Assembly (NCBI RefSeq): GCF_006345805.1
Contig: NC_043004.1
Span: 1,178,001-1,242,000 of the forward strand
DNA: 64,000 bases
Source of the DNA: Octopus sinensis
Taxonomy: Eukaryota
Reading direction: 5' to 3'
Made by a program: the position numbers and the translations under genes. Positions 1-11,270 of the stretch are shown here, one piece after another (within the stretch, counting starts at the first letter, position 1; every line of letters begins with the position of its first letter). Below the pieces are notes generated by a model that saw nothing but the letters and a program-made list of their open reading frames with translations, was not told the origin of the DNA and searched no databases.

Positions 1-305
1 GTGGCAGTCCAAGGATGGGACGAATGTTACTGTTATTTAACCCCAGGATCTCCCCTGTTCGAAAATATAAGGACAGAATTTTTTGTGTCGTATTCAATAT
101 GCTGACAATTTGTACGTGTTGACCTACAAAAGGTTCAAGAGGAACATGAACAGCATCAATCTCATCAGTATGAGAGGGAATGTGAAGGCTATGGGCACAG
201 CTCCTTCCTCCACACCTAGTAACTAACATATATACACACATCTGTATTTACACTTGCAAATATATATATATATATATATAAAGGGGTTTGTATGATTGTG
301 TATAG

Positions 306-341
<36 letters not shown>

Positions 342-411
342 TTTCTTTTTAATGATAAGGACTCTTCTTCTTGAAAAGAAGGAGCTGCATGAATGTGGAT
401 AACAACAAGTG

Positions 412-1031
412 TTACTTGTTCATCTTAAGAAACGTGTCGTATATTTTACTGTTCCATTTATGGGTTGACTTTGTAAAGTGCCAGTGAATCAGACTTATTC
501 GGTTATTTGAGAATCTTAGAGTTTGCAAAATGTCACTTACACATTTTACTAACATAACGAAACCCACTGGTACAAATGAGAACTGAGGATTGGGGTAGAA
601 AAGCTGCAGGTTTTGAAGCAGTTCTCCATAAATATTCTCTGCCGTTCTGGTTTTTGAGGAGATGTTTTTATATCTGCAGGACAGCTGATCCTTTAGTTGG
701 CAGATAATGTTTCTTTTCTGTCCCAAATAACCATTTGAGACATCATAGTTGCACTTGGCAGTAATTTTGAAGAGGACGTTCCCTTAGTATTCTTCGTGCC
801 GATACATAAGTTCCTTATGTTGATACCTATGTATTCAACAACAGAGATACTGTAGCTGTAGATATTTATCCCAGAGCAGTGTGTCCTATAGATGCAACTG
901 TATATTGTTTTAACAATAATATTTTGTTGTGATGACAGGTAGTTCTTTGATGTCAGTTTTAGGCAGTCGCTGATAACGTGTGTAATGTTCTCCTTAGAAA
1001 TGTGACATAATTGACTTTTAAAAAATAGCAT
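412..1031 (-). mobile_element. Decayed 3' fragment of an RLE-type non-LTR retrotransposon (CCHC knuckle plus restriction-like endonuclease)
   Basis: Two frameshifted minus ORFs give (C)QLCHISKENITHVISDC (CCHC-like knuckle), MVIWDRKE, and NISSKTRTAENIYGELLQNLQLFYPNPQFSFVPVG. This is the typical order for the C-terminus of R2/R4/NeSL-type elements. The 3' flank runs into (TA)n at ~310-349. Confidence 0.75.
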
Positions 1032-1221
1032 GCTGGTGGTGAACGAAAGCAGTGAAGTCCTTTTGGGTTAGGGTTAGGGTTATGAAGGTTCATTAAAACA
1101 ACACTGTAACACAGCAAGACAGATGAGCCTCATCTATGCTACTCATGTTTGTAAGAACATTCAACGGATGGCATTACTCAAATTGAGTCACAGCCCTCAT
1201 GTATGCATATATAGATATAAC

Positions 1222-1439
1222 AGAGTAAGCACATAAATGTGAAACAAAGTGGAAGAAAATAGTACTCGAATACCAGAGGTAGAGTAATATGTTTCATTAA
1301 TAAAGCTGCAAAAACGTCAGAAAAACTGCTACTCAGAATTTCACGTTCCAGTTCGTCAGACAGTTTTGGTTCTGTCCGACGAACGAGAACGTGAAACTCC
1401 GAGTAACAATTTTAGCGACATCTTTGCAGCTTTATTAAT
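1222..1439. mobile_element. Inverted pair of Penelope-like/retrozyme-type termini, each carrying a minimal hammerhead motif
   Basis: Imperfect inverted repeat 1296-1367 / 1370-1439 (ATTAATAAAGCTGCAAA ... TTTGCAGCTTTATTAAT). Minus arm reads AAAACTGT-CTGACGA-ACtggaacGT-GAAA-TTCTGAG-TA-GCAGTTTT. Plus arm reads CTGT-CCGACGA-ACGagaaCGT-GAAA-CTCCGAG-TA-ACA. Confidence 0.6.
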
Positions 1440-2386
1440 AAAGTACACACGCACACACATATATATCACAGATTTTCTTGCTCTCTCTCTCTCATACCAA
1501 GTGACTGTAGAGCTTTGATTTGTAACATGTAGGCACAAATAGTATTTGCTGAATTGTGTCAGTTACGAAGGAGTTGCTAAATTAGGTTTTACTCAGTGAT
1601 GAACGAATGTAGAGGTTCTCAAACAGTCAAATACCAGCTGCCACCTCTAATTAGTGAACTTATTTCACTCCACAACTCTTTGTTAACGAGAAGACAAAAC
1701 AGTGAAAGCCGTGTCCATATAATTTTTTTTATTTCTCTGCCATGGTGTAGAGCAAGTTTAAAACTAATTTTATTAAACATGGCGATATTTCTGCCCCCTT
1801 TTCAATCCATAAAGGCCTCCTCAATGTGAAGCATTAATTTAATGTATTGCTAGGTAGAATTGAGAACGAAATAGTTATTTATTTCGAATATAAACCAAAA
1901 AAACTTTCGTTTCATTTCACAACTCCGCACATAATGACGAAGCGACCTGAACATTCAAGGGAGGCAACTCTTTATTGTAATTATTTCCCTTCACCAATTT
2001 ACCACGACTCGTTGTTGCGCAGAATTAACGTTTTAGCCACATCACATTATTAGCGTTCAACATTAACCCAAGCTTAAAGTATGCATTTAGAATGATCTGG
2101 GTAGGGATTTTAGTAACTTTTTAAATGATAACATTATTAGAATTTTAAAGAAATGTTTTATAATTTTGAAAAACATTTTGTATTTTGAAATTTCAAAGAC
2201 AGCGTAATACTTGAATCTCAGCTATCATCTTCAACAGAAGACGGTTTTTTCCAAAAATGATTTTGAAAGTAACAACTTGTCAGAGAGACACACACTTATG
2301 GTGATATTATATTTGATAAGTGTAGAGTAATTATACAATGACTTCTTACTTAATAACTATGCCTACTATCTTTTAGGCAGTCCACT

Positions 2387-2782
2387 CTTATTTCTTATTT
2401 CTTTATTGCCCCCAAGGGGCTAAACACAGAGGGGGCAAACAAGGACAGACAAAATGGTTAAGTCGATTACATCGACCCCGAAAGGATGAAAGGCAAAGTC
2501 GACCTTGGCGGAATTTGAACTCAGAACGTAGCGGCAGACGAAATACCCATTTCTTTATTGCCCACAAGGGGCTAAATACAGAGGGGACAAACTAGGACAG
2601 ACAAACGGATTAAGTCGATTACATCGACACCAGTGCGTAACTGGTACTTAATTTATCGAACCCGAAAGGATGAAAGGCAAAGTCGACCTCAGCGGAATTT
2701 GAACTCAGAACGTAACGGCAGACGAAATACGGCTACGCATTTCGCCCGGAGTGCTTAACGTTTCTGCCAGCTCGCCGCCTTT
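2387..2782 (-). mobile_element. Two stacked copies of tRNA-derived SINE family A (GGCGGCGAGCTGGCAGAA head)
   Basis: Reverse complement of head GGCGGCGAGCTGGCAGAAACGTTA...GAGTTCAAATTCCGC (A/B-box-like), core GTCGACTTTGCCTTTCATCCTTTCGGGGT and tail TTTAGCCCCTTGTGGGCAATAAAGAAAT. The same family also occurs at ~6790-7178, 11325-11540, 23640-24030, 42718-42950, 59611-59840 and 62548-62950. It may correspond to published octopus SINEs; this was not verified. Confidence 0.85.
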
Positions 2783-3634
2783 GAAGTATTAGGAAGGGTG
2801 TCCAGTCATGAAAACCATGCCAAAGTGGACAGTGGAGCTTGACGCAGTCCTCTAGCTTGTCAGCTCCTGTCAAACCACTACCGAACCCATACTAGCATAA
2901 AGACGGACGTTATATTATGATATTAATGATAACAATATACCTTCTGACGAGCTTTAGTGACGTCAATAAATCACTGGGAAACCACTTTGGTCTTTGAGAG
3001 CATAGCTTTATTTTGGGGAGCTCGACTGTCAATTAATTATTATAAAAATTTCCATCTTTGGAAGGAGGTTCTATTTGTTTCCCTAAAGGAAAGGAGTACA
3101 ACTGATTGAAAGAGGGTAGTTTATTACACAGGGAAGATGGAAAGTAGATATGACTATTGTTTACAGGATAAATTATCTCTGTATAATTGCGCATAGCATT
3201 CGCAACACATTCTCTAAACTAAATTAGTTATTTTCATAGATTAGTCATCGAAAGAATGGCATTACCTGTGACTGTTTTCAAGAAGTCTGAGACAGGTCAA
3301 AGAAAAGAGGAAGTTGGTTATAGACTGGAAACCTGGCATGAATGTTTGCAGCAGTGGAGTTTAGTGAAGACAAGCAAAGGTGAGATGAGATGCTATTGAT
3401 AAACCAAGCAGCTGAGAGATGTGATGGGAAACAACAAGATTTTAAAACTTCCATGTATGTTTAGCAAGAATATAATTCAAAATATATCATTGAATATAGT
3501 TGAAAATCGGTACCCTGTGAAGGTACCTGTTTGATAATGTTAAGCTTCCCCTCCTCCTCTTTCTATTTCCATTTCCTTCATCTCTATCTCTCTATGCAAT
3601 TTCATGCTGATTTGCTGCCTCCATAAGTTATATA

Positions 3635-4021
3635 CCGTGATACCTTGCAGTACGAGTTCAATTCGTTTCATGACTGAGCTCGTCTTACGATTTACTCGTT
3701 TTACAAATCAATTTTCCCCCATTGAAATTAACTAAAATAAAATTAATCCGTTCTAGCCCCACAAAACCACTCAAAAATAATTTTTTATAGATTTTAAAAC
3801 GGAAAAAAGTATAGTTACAAGTAAAATGACAATTATGAAAAAGAGAATGCAAAAGAAATATGTAAACTGGTTTTATTAACTGAATTACCTTAAAGATGGG
3901 ACAATTTGTGCGCTTGTACTGTAGATTTCCGCTTGTATTTCAAGACAAAAATTTGCATGAGACTCAGCTCGTATAGCAAATTACTCATACAATAGCGCAC
4001 TCGTACTGAGAGGTTTTACTG
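3635..4021. mobile_element. pogo/Tigger-like MITE
   Basis: Imperfect 23-bp TIRs CCGTGATACCTTGCAGTACGAGT / ACTCGTACTGAGAGGTTTTACTG, flanked by TA on both sides; non-coding AT-rich interior. Confidence 0.75.
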
Positions 4022-4539
4022 TATACACACACACACATATATATATATATATACTTATTTATTTATTTATGCAGTCAAACATTATATAACTGCTCTATTT
4101 TTCAAACTGAGGGTGATTTTTTAAATTCTAACTTACAGACTCTTAACTGACTCTGCACATATGCATGTGTGTGTGTGTGTGCTTGTAAGGACATATATGC
4201 TTCAGTAATTTGTATGTATGTGTGTGTGTATACAAATATAGTTCACCACTGATCATTGTTGATAGATTAATCTCCATGTCTCAACTGCACTCTGCAAACA
4301 AGTCAGCTGTGACAGGCAGTGTTTAGTAGGGCATGTTCAAAGTGCTGTTTCAAGTGTCTCCTCTGTCTGGAATAATGAAAGATGGCAGGTTCAGTTTATT
4401 AGAGGTAGAGGACAATAGAGGACCAAGATATGCGGCACATTGCTGTATCTGAGAAGACTCACCCACCACAACAGAACTGAGACCTAAAACCAAGGTGCCA
4501 TGTAAAAGGGCACTGTCTTTAGTTAAGAAAATCGACCCC

Positions 4540-4850
4540 AGAACTTATTCTTTGTAAGCCTAGTACTTATTCTATCGGTCTCTTTTGCTGAACAACTAAG
4601 TTATGGGGATGTAAATACACCACCATCGGTTGTCAAGTGACGGGGGGGGGGGGGGCAAACATAAACACACACATACATATATATGTATACATATATATGA
4701 TGGGTTTCTTTCAGTTTCCGTCTACCAAATCCACTCACAGGGCTTTGGTCGGCCCAAGGCTATAGTAGAAGACACTTGCCTAAGGTACCATGCAGTGGGA
4801 GTGAACCTGGAACCATGTAGTTGGTAAGCAAGCTATTTACAACACCAATC
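4540..4850 (-). mobile_element. tRNA-derived SINE family B (~410 bp full length), partial copy
   Basis: Matches the fuller copies at 45645-46057, 53678-54090, 54516-54911 and 55580-55968. Family structure: head GGCGCAGGAGTGGCTGTGTGGTAAG...GGTTCAGTCCC, core ACCTTGGGCAAGTGTCTTC, internal (TA/TG)n, tail GACTGAAACAAGTAAAAGAG. Confidence 0.85.
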
Positions 4851-4858
4851 CTGTGCCA

Positions 4859-5108
4859 TTTTTTACATTCGATGGATATTTGTCCTTATCTTGTTTGTTG
4901 TTAACACGCTTCAGATGATATACCCTCCGGCCTTCATCAGGTATCTTGAGGAAATTTCGAACCTGGGTTCTCATTCCTAAGGTATTTTTTTATGTTATTA
5001 TTATTATTATTATTATTTTTATTCAGGTCAGGTCACTGCCAGAAATCGAACTCGGAATCTTGGGGTTAGCAGCCAGCGCTCTTAACCACTCCACCATATG
5101 CCTGTGGG
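4859..5108 (-). mobile_element. tRNA-head/(AAT)n/hammerhead element (family H), minus copy with degraded HHR
   Basis: On the minus strand: CAGGCATATGGTGGAGTGGTTAAGAGCGC...CCCCAAGATTCCGAGTTCGATT, then (AAT)n, then GATAC-CTGATGA-AGGCCG...CATCT-GAAG-CGTGTT (GAAA mutated). Confidence 0.8.
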
Positions 5109-5289
5109 TCAGAGGCTGCACCAGGTTCCATAGTCTGTTTTGGCTTGATTTCGACAACCGGATGCCTTGCCTATCACCAACCACTCCACAGAATGTACTG
5201 GGTGCTCAGTTCTATTGTGGTGGGGGAGTCTTTTCAGATACAGCAATGTGCACTGCATTTCTAGGTCCTCTGTTGTCTCCTACTTCTAA

Positions 5290-5348
5290 GAGTGGTTAAG
5301 AGCGCAGGCTACTAACCCCAAGATTCCGAGTTCAATTCCAGGCAGTGA

Positions 5349-5386
<38 letters not shown>

Positions 5387-6257
5387 TAAAGCAACACATG
5401 ATAGAGTCGGCCAGTATTTACACTGAACAATATGTCGGCATTATAAAATCAAAACCGCTGACAAATGGTATAAACACCATCCTGAAGCTGTGACTGAGGG
5501 AGAAAATGTGTTGATTCTATGGGACTTCCCCGTACATACCGACAAAACTATAAAAGCTAATAAACCGGATATTATTATAAAAGATCAGACAAAAAGGATG
5601 TGTTTATTAATTGACATGAGTATTCCTTGCGATCACAATATAGCGGCGAAAGAATTTGACAAGATCAGTAAATATAAAGATTTGCTAATAGAAATTGAGA
5701 AAACGTGGCATCTCAAGGCGACTACAGTACCAGTGATTGTAGGATCTCTAGGAATAAAAAAGGTACTGAAACCTATTTGAAAATGATACCATGCTTACCA
5801 TCCCTACAGGAGGTGCAAAAAATTGTGTTAACTGGAACGGCTCATGTACTGAGAAGAGCATTATCGCTGTGAAAACAACAGCCATTCATGAATATATTTA
5901 TTTATTAAAATTTTAAAATACATATTTTACCTGTGAATTTGCATGTGTAATCTGGGAATGCATACAATGAGCTTCTCTGCCCTAGGTGTATGGAAAACTC
6001 GGCATGAAATGGAAGAAAATTTGAAGAAAGAAGGAAAAAAAATAATAGTAAAAATAATAATAATAACAACAACATGGAAAAATACCTTAGGAATGAGAAC
6101 CCAGGTTCGAAATTTCCCCAAGACACCTGATGAAGGCTGGAGGGTATATCAGCTGAAACATTGTGTTGACAACAAACAAGATAAGGACAAATATCCGTCA
6201 AATGTAAAGAATGTAAATAATGTACATAATTCCTCATCTCTTAAATATAGAACTGTA
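5290..6257 (+). mobile_element. Family H plus copy, split at its (AAT)n by an R4/Dong-like insertion
   Basis: Head at 5290-5352, (AAT)n at 5353-5385, tail resumes at ~6060. HHR at 6122-6167: GACAC-CTGATGA-AGGCTG...CAGCT-GAAA-CATT-GTGTT. The element ends CTCATCTCTTAAATATAGAACTG, as does the 24921-25197 copy. Confidence 0.8.
5389..6050 (+). mobile_element. 5'-truncated R4/Dong-like RLE non-LTR retrotransposon (endonuclease C-terminus plus 3' UTR)
   Basis: Translates to HDRVGQYLH*...ILWDFPVHTDKTIKANKPDIIIKD...LLIDMSIPCDHNIAAKEFDKISKYKDL...VPVIVGSLG, then after a frameshift LQEVQKIVLTGTAHVLRRALSL* (stop 5870-5872). This is a PD-(D/E)xK RLE. AAT repeats flank both sides. Confidence 0.85.
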
Positions 6258-7440
6258 TTTTCTATAATGTTTGCCAAATTCATATCAGCCAATGATAAAA
6301 CATAAACAATATCTTCCATTACATGTTGTCTGTAAATTACTTGGTTGCACAAACAAAACTCAAAACACACGCATGCATTACTTACTCACACAGACGAATA
6401 CTTAAACACACACACACACAGAATGACAGAGTTTATTTATTGATTAGTTCAAAGCTAAAATTTGAGTTTCCAGAGGCGTTACACAAATGTTATGGAAACT
6501 CAAATTAATTTTATGAATACCAGTTGCTAGAGGCAACAGAACGAAGCTTTGCATTTTAATAAAATATATGAAAACTGATATCTTATAACTAAACTAAGCC
6601 AAGCCTCTATGTGGTTGCTTCACTTGTCAGAAATAGTAGCCCTATTACATCACTTTTAAGAAAGGGAAGGATACATTGGATAATGTAGTCTTACATGCAC
6701 TTAGAATGTTGGGCTGGTCATGACTGGATTTCCATTTTATCATAAATCTGTTCAGGTTTACACTAAGGTCTAACAATAATTTAACACATGAAGGTGGTGA
6801 GCTTGTAGAAACGTTAGCATGCCGGGCGAAATGCTTAGCAGTAATTCGTCTGTCTTTACGTTCTCAGTTCAAATTCTGCCGAGGTCAACTTTGCCTTTCA
6901 TCTTTTGGGGTCGATCTAATCGACTGGCTCCCTCCCCACACATTTCAGGCCTTGTGCCTAGAGTAGAAAAGAATATTTAGCTACAAAGGCGGTGAGCGAA
7001 ATGCTTAGCAGTATTTTGTCGTCTTTATGTTCTGAGTTCAAATTCTGCTGAGGTCGACTTTGCCTTTCATCTTTTGGGGGGGTTGATAAATTAAGTACCA
7101 ATTGCGTACTGGGGTTGATCTAATCGACTGGCCCCCTCCCCACAAATTTCAGGCCTTGTGCCTAGAGTAGAAAAGAATAATTTAACACAAGTTATGACAG
7201 GGAAACATTTGATCTGTTTCAGAAAATAAAAATATCACTAAAGAGAACAACAGAACTTCAGTAGTAACTTCAAAGTACCCGGGTGCGAATGATGGATGTT
7301 AAGGGGTGAAAGTAAAAAGAAGACAACAGATACTTTAATATAAAGTTTTTATGAAGAAAATTGTCATAAAGAGTACGAACATGAAACTTTTCCATCAGTT
7401 GTTAAATGACAGAAAACAAAGTAGTTTTGTCATGTGACAC

Positions 7441-7697
7441 TACACGGTGATTCAAAAGTTTCCATACATGAAAAAAAATTTTTTTATAAGAGACAGTTTA
7501 TTAGATCCCCTGATTTGACCCCTCTTGATTTCTATCTTTAGGGGCATTTGAAAGGCATGGTGTATTGCGGAAAGATAAAAGACATAAATCATTTGAAGAA
7601 ATGCACCACCAACTCCTTTGCACAAGTATCACCAGATGTGCTGTTACGAGTTCACAATGAGTGGGGTAAATGTATTGCAATGTCTATTCAAAACAAT
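7441..7697 (+). mobile_element. Internally deleted Tc1/mariner (maT/rosa-like) remnant
   Basis: TACACGGTGATTCAAAAG TIR-like start, followed by RSPDLTPLDFYL*GHLKGMVY..., the transposase C-terminus. Truncated by the RTE tail at 7697. Confidence 0.65.
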
Positions 7698-10600
7698 CAT
7701 CATCATCACCATCGTTTAACGTCCGCTTTCCATGCTAGCATGGGTTGGACGATTTTGACTGAGGGTTGGCAAACCAGACTCCAATCTTGATTTGGCAGAG
7801 TTTCTACAGCTGGATGACCTTCCTAACGCCAACCACTCCGAGAGTGTAGTGGGTGCTTTTTACGTGCCACCGGCACGGGGGCCAGTCAGGCGGTACTGGC
7901 AACGACCTCGCTCAAATCCTTTTACACATGCCACGAGCACAGGTGCCAGTAAGGCGACTTTGGTAACAATCACGCTCGAATGGTGCCCTTTTATCTGCCA
8001 CTGGCACGGAAACCAGTTGGCTGCTCTGGCAACGATCACACTGGGATGGTGCTCTTGGCACCCTACTAGCACGGGCAAAAGTGCCAGTAAGGCGACGTTG
8101 GTAATGATCACGCTCGAATGGTGCCCTTTAAATGTCACTGGCACGGAAGCCGGTTAGCCGCTCTGTCAATGATCATGCTTGTATGGTGCTCTTTGCACCC
8201 TGCCAGCATGGACGCCAGTCATCAAACTTGATTTTGATTTTCCTTTTGATTGATTTGATTTGATTTCACTTGCCTCAGCAGGTCTTCACAAGCAGAGTTT
8301 TACAAGTGGGCTGGTTACGCCCCTGAGATTATGGTTTCATTTGGCTTGCCGGGTCTTCTCATGCATGGCATATTTCCAAAGGCTTCGGTCACTAGTCATT
8401 TCCTTGGTGAAGCCTAAAGTTCGAAGGTCGTGCTTCACCACTTCATCCCAGGTCTTCCTGGGTCTACCTCTTCCACAGGTTCCCTCAACCGCTAGGGTGT
8501 GGCACTTTTTCACACAGCTGTCCTCATCCATTCTCGCTACATGACCATACCAGTGCAGTCGTCTCTCTTGCACACCACATCTGATGCTTCTTAGGTCTAA
8601 CTTTTCTCTCAAGGTACTTACACTCAGTCGAGTATGCACACTGATATTACACATCCATCGGATCATACTGGCTTCATTCCTTGCGAGCTTATGCATGTCC
8701 TCAGCAGTCACAGCCCATGTTTCACTGCCATGTAGCATGGCTGTTTGTACAGTCATACAGTCTACCTTCTACTCAGAGCGAGAGGCTCTTTGTTGCCAGC
8801 AGAGGTAAGAGCTCCCTGAACTTTGCCCAAGCTATTCTTATTCTAGCAGCTACACTTTCAGCGCACCCTCCTCCGCTACTGACTTGGTCCCCTAGGTAAC
8901 GGAAGCTGGTCTCTGCGCATTTTCAGTGTTTATTGCTCCCGAGCATCTGCCACATACAAAAACTTTCTTCCCAGTTAGCCTCCCTTGGATATTACTGCAC
9001 TTCTAATGTGTCCATAGCTTACACTGGGCACATCTTATACAGTTCCTATCTACACCTTTTTTACAGATTGAGCATGGCCATCTACCTGAAGGGATTTGTG
9101 GTTTGCCTGCCTTCCTACATATTAGGACTTTGGTTTTAGCTAGGTTGATTCTAAGGCCCTTCGATTCTAATCCTTGTCTCCATACTTGAAACTTTGCCTC
9201 CAGTTCTGATAGTGACTCAGCAATTAGAGCAAGGTCATCAGCATATAGGAGCTCCCAGTCTTGAATTCCTCCGTTATTGCCTGGAGGACTATGATAAATA
9301 GGAGGGGGCTGAGGATTGAACCTTGGTGGACTCTTACATCTATCCTGAATTTTTCACTGTACTCGTTGCCAACCCTCAGCTTACTTACAGCGTCCCTGTA
9401 CATGGCTTGCACAGCTCTCACTAACCATTCATCTATCCCTAGTTTCCTCATTGACCACCAGATAAGGGATCGGGGGACCCTGTCAAAGGCTTCCTCCATG
9501 TTAACGAAAGCCAGGTATAGGGGCTTATCTTTGGCTAGGTATTTCTCCTGCAGCTGTCTTACCAGAAATATGGCATCAGTGGTGCTTTTCCCTGGCACGA
9601 AACCAAACTGCATCTCATCCAAGCTGACTCTCTTCCTAATCAGTTGGACTATGACTCTCTCCATAACCTTCATTACCTGATCCAACAGCTTGATACCTCA
9701 GTAATTATTTGTATCTAAAGCGTCACCTTTACCTTTGTAGCAGTTGATTATTATGCTGCTATACCAATCATTGGGTATGACTCCTTCGTGTATCACCTGG
9801 TTAACTGTACGGGTGACTAGGCTATAGCTGACACTGCCAGATATTTTAAGCATCTCTGCAGTAATTCCTGATGGGCCAGGGGCTTTCCCTGTCTTCATGC
9901 TTCTAATTGCCTTAACTACCAAGGAACTGTCAACTCGGATAGCTGGTCCCTCTGTTGGGTCGACATTCCGCAGACTCTCTTTATCCCATTCATTTTCTTT
10001 ATTCAGCAACTTTTCATAGTGACGTCTCCAAACCTCTCGCTTTGCATCCTCATTCAGCGCAAATGAACCATCATCCATGCGAACACATTTCTCACCTACC
10101 ACGTCACGATTCTCTCTCACACACTGTCTTGGAACACGAAATACCTCAAGTCCTTCGTCCTCACGGCGCAGAACATTGGCAAATTTTTTCTTATCTGCTT
10201 CCCCTCTAGCTAAATAAACCTGCCTCCTAGCAGTCTGATACACTTTCCTGCTACCACTGTTCTTCCAGTCCGTCCAAGCCTGTTTCTTTTGTCTAATAGC
10301 CCTGTCAACAACATTGTTCCACCACATTATTTTGGGTTGGGCGGGGACTTTGCACCATCCACAGAACTGGTCGGTGGCCCTTAGCAGGTTGTCCTGTAGG
10401 AACCATTGAAGTCGCTAGCCACAAAGAGAAGGTCCCTGTCATTTGTCAACGCAGTAGTCTGCAAGAGGGTGTCATAGAATCGGTCTTTCTGTCCATCGGG
10501 TAGCCCTGACTGAGGGCCATAGGCTGAGATAATGGTTGCTAACCCATGATGGAGCACTAATCTAATCTTAAGTATTCCGTTGCATACTCTGACTACCTCA

Positions 10601-11270
10601 ATTACTTTATCTACCCATTTCTCCGCAAGAAGTATACCCACACCCCCAACCCCATCAGTGTTCCCTGCCCAGAAAATCTTGTTCCTGTGTTCTTTGCCTG
10701 TGAGGAACCTAGCAGAACCTCCTCTCCACCTTACTTCTTGGATACAGCACATATCAACACATCTACGTTCAAGCATTTCAACAATCTCACCAGACCTACC
10801 TTTCAGTGTGCCGATGTTGAGAGTGCCAACCCTGAGGATGTGGGAGGTATGGGCCCTAGAGACCCTGGGACGGGGGACAGTGGCGTCATGTACCTGAAAA
10901 GAAAGCTCGCATTTGGCACAATTCATAAGCAAACAATGATCTTAATAAGTTCAACCTGCTTACACTAAACTATCATGTTTTGCACTGTATGATCACTACC
11001 TTATATAATAGGGGCGGGGTTGGCGTGAGGCCTTTAGGTGTTCATGGGAGACAAGCAAAGGAGGACGACATAGGGACTTCCGGTACAGGTGGAGGGGTTG
11101 GGAGTGCGGGCGTACCGTGAACTGGCAAACATGGGCTAGGAATTAAGAGGCAGAAAGGCCGATAGATAGAGACGAACGACTGAATGAACGTGTGATAAAT
11201 TTTCATGAGTGAAAGAATATGTTGCAAATTAAAGAGATGCGTGAGCTAGAGTTTAAGACGAAAAGGCAGA
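7697..11270 (-). mobile_element. Near full-length, disrupted RTE-clade LINE (APE plus RT)
   Basis: APE at 10381-10932 (VGTLNIGTL...CCIQEVRW...IISAYGPQ...SDFNG). RT at 9224-10327 ([39 protein letters not shown]), with LYADDL at ~9230-9250. C-terminus at 8337-8756 (MLHGSETW...RLHWYGHV...GRGRPRKTW). 3' UTR ends in (GAT)n at 7697. Frameshifts and deletions are present. The 5' boundary is approximate. Confidence 0.93.

Noticed and set aside
9261-9680. Plus-strand ORFs overlapping the RTE copies (also 58420-58713 and 58795-59343)
   Set aside because: Antisense shadows of the RT reading frame.
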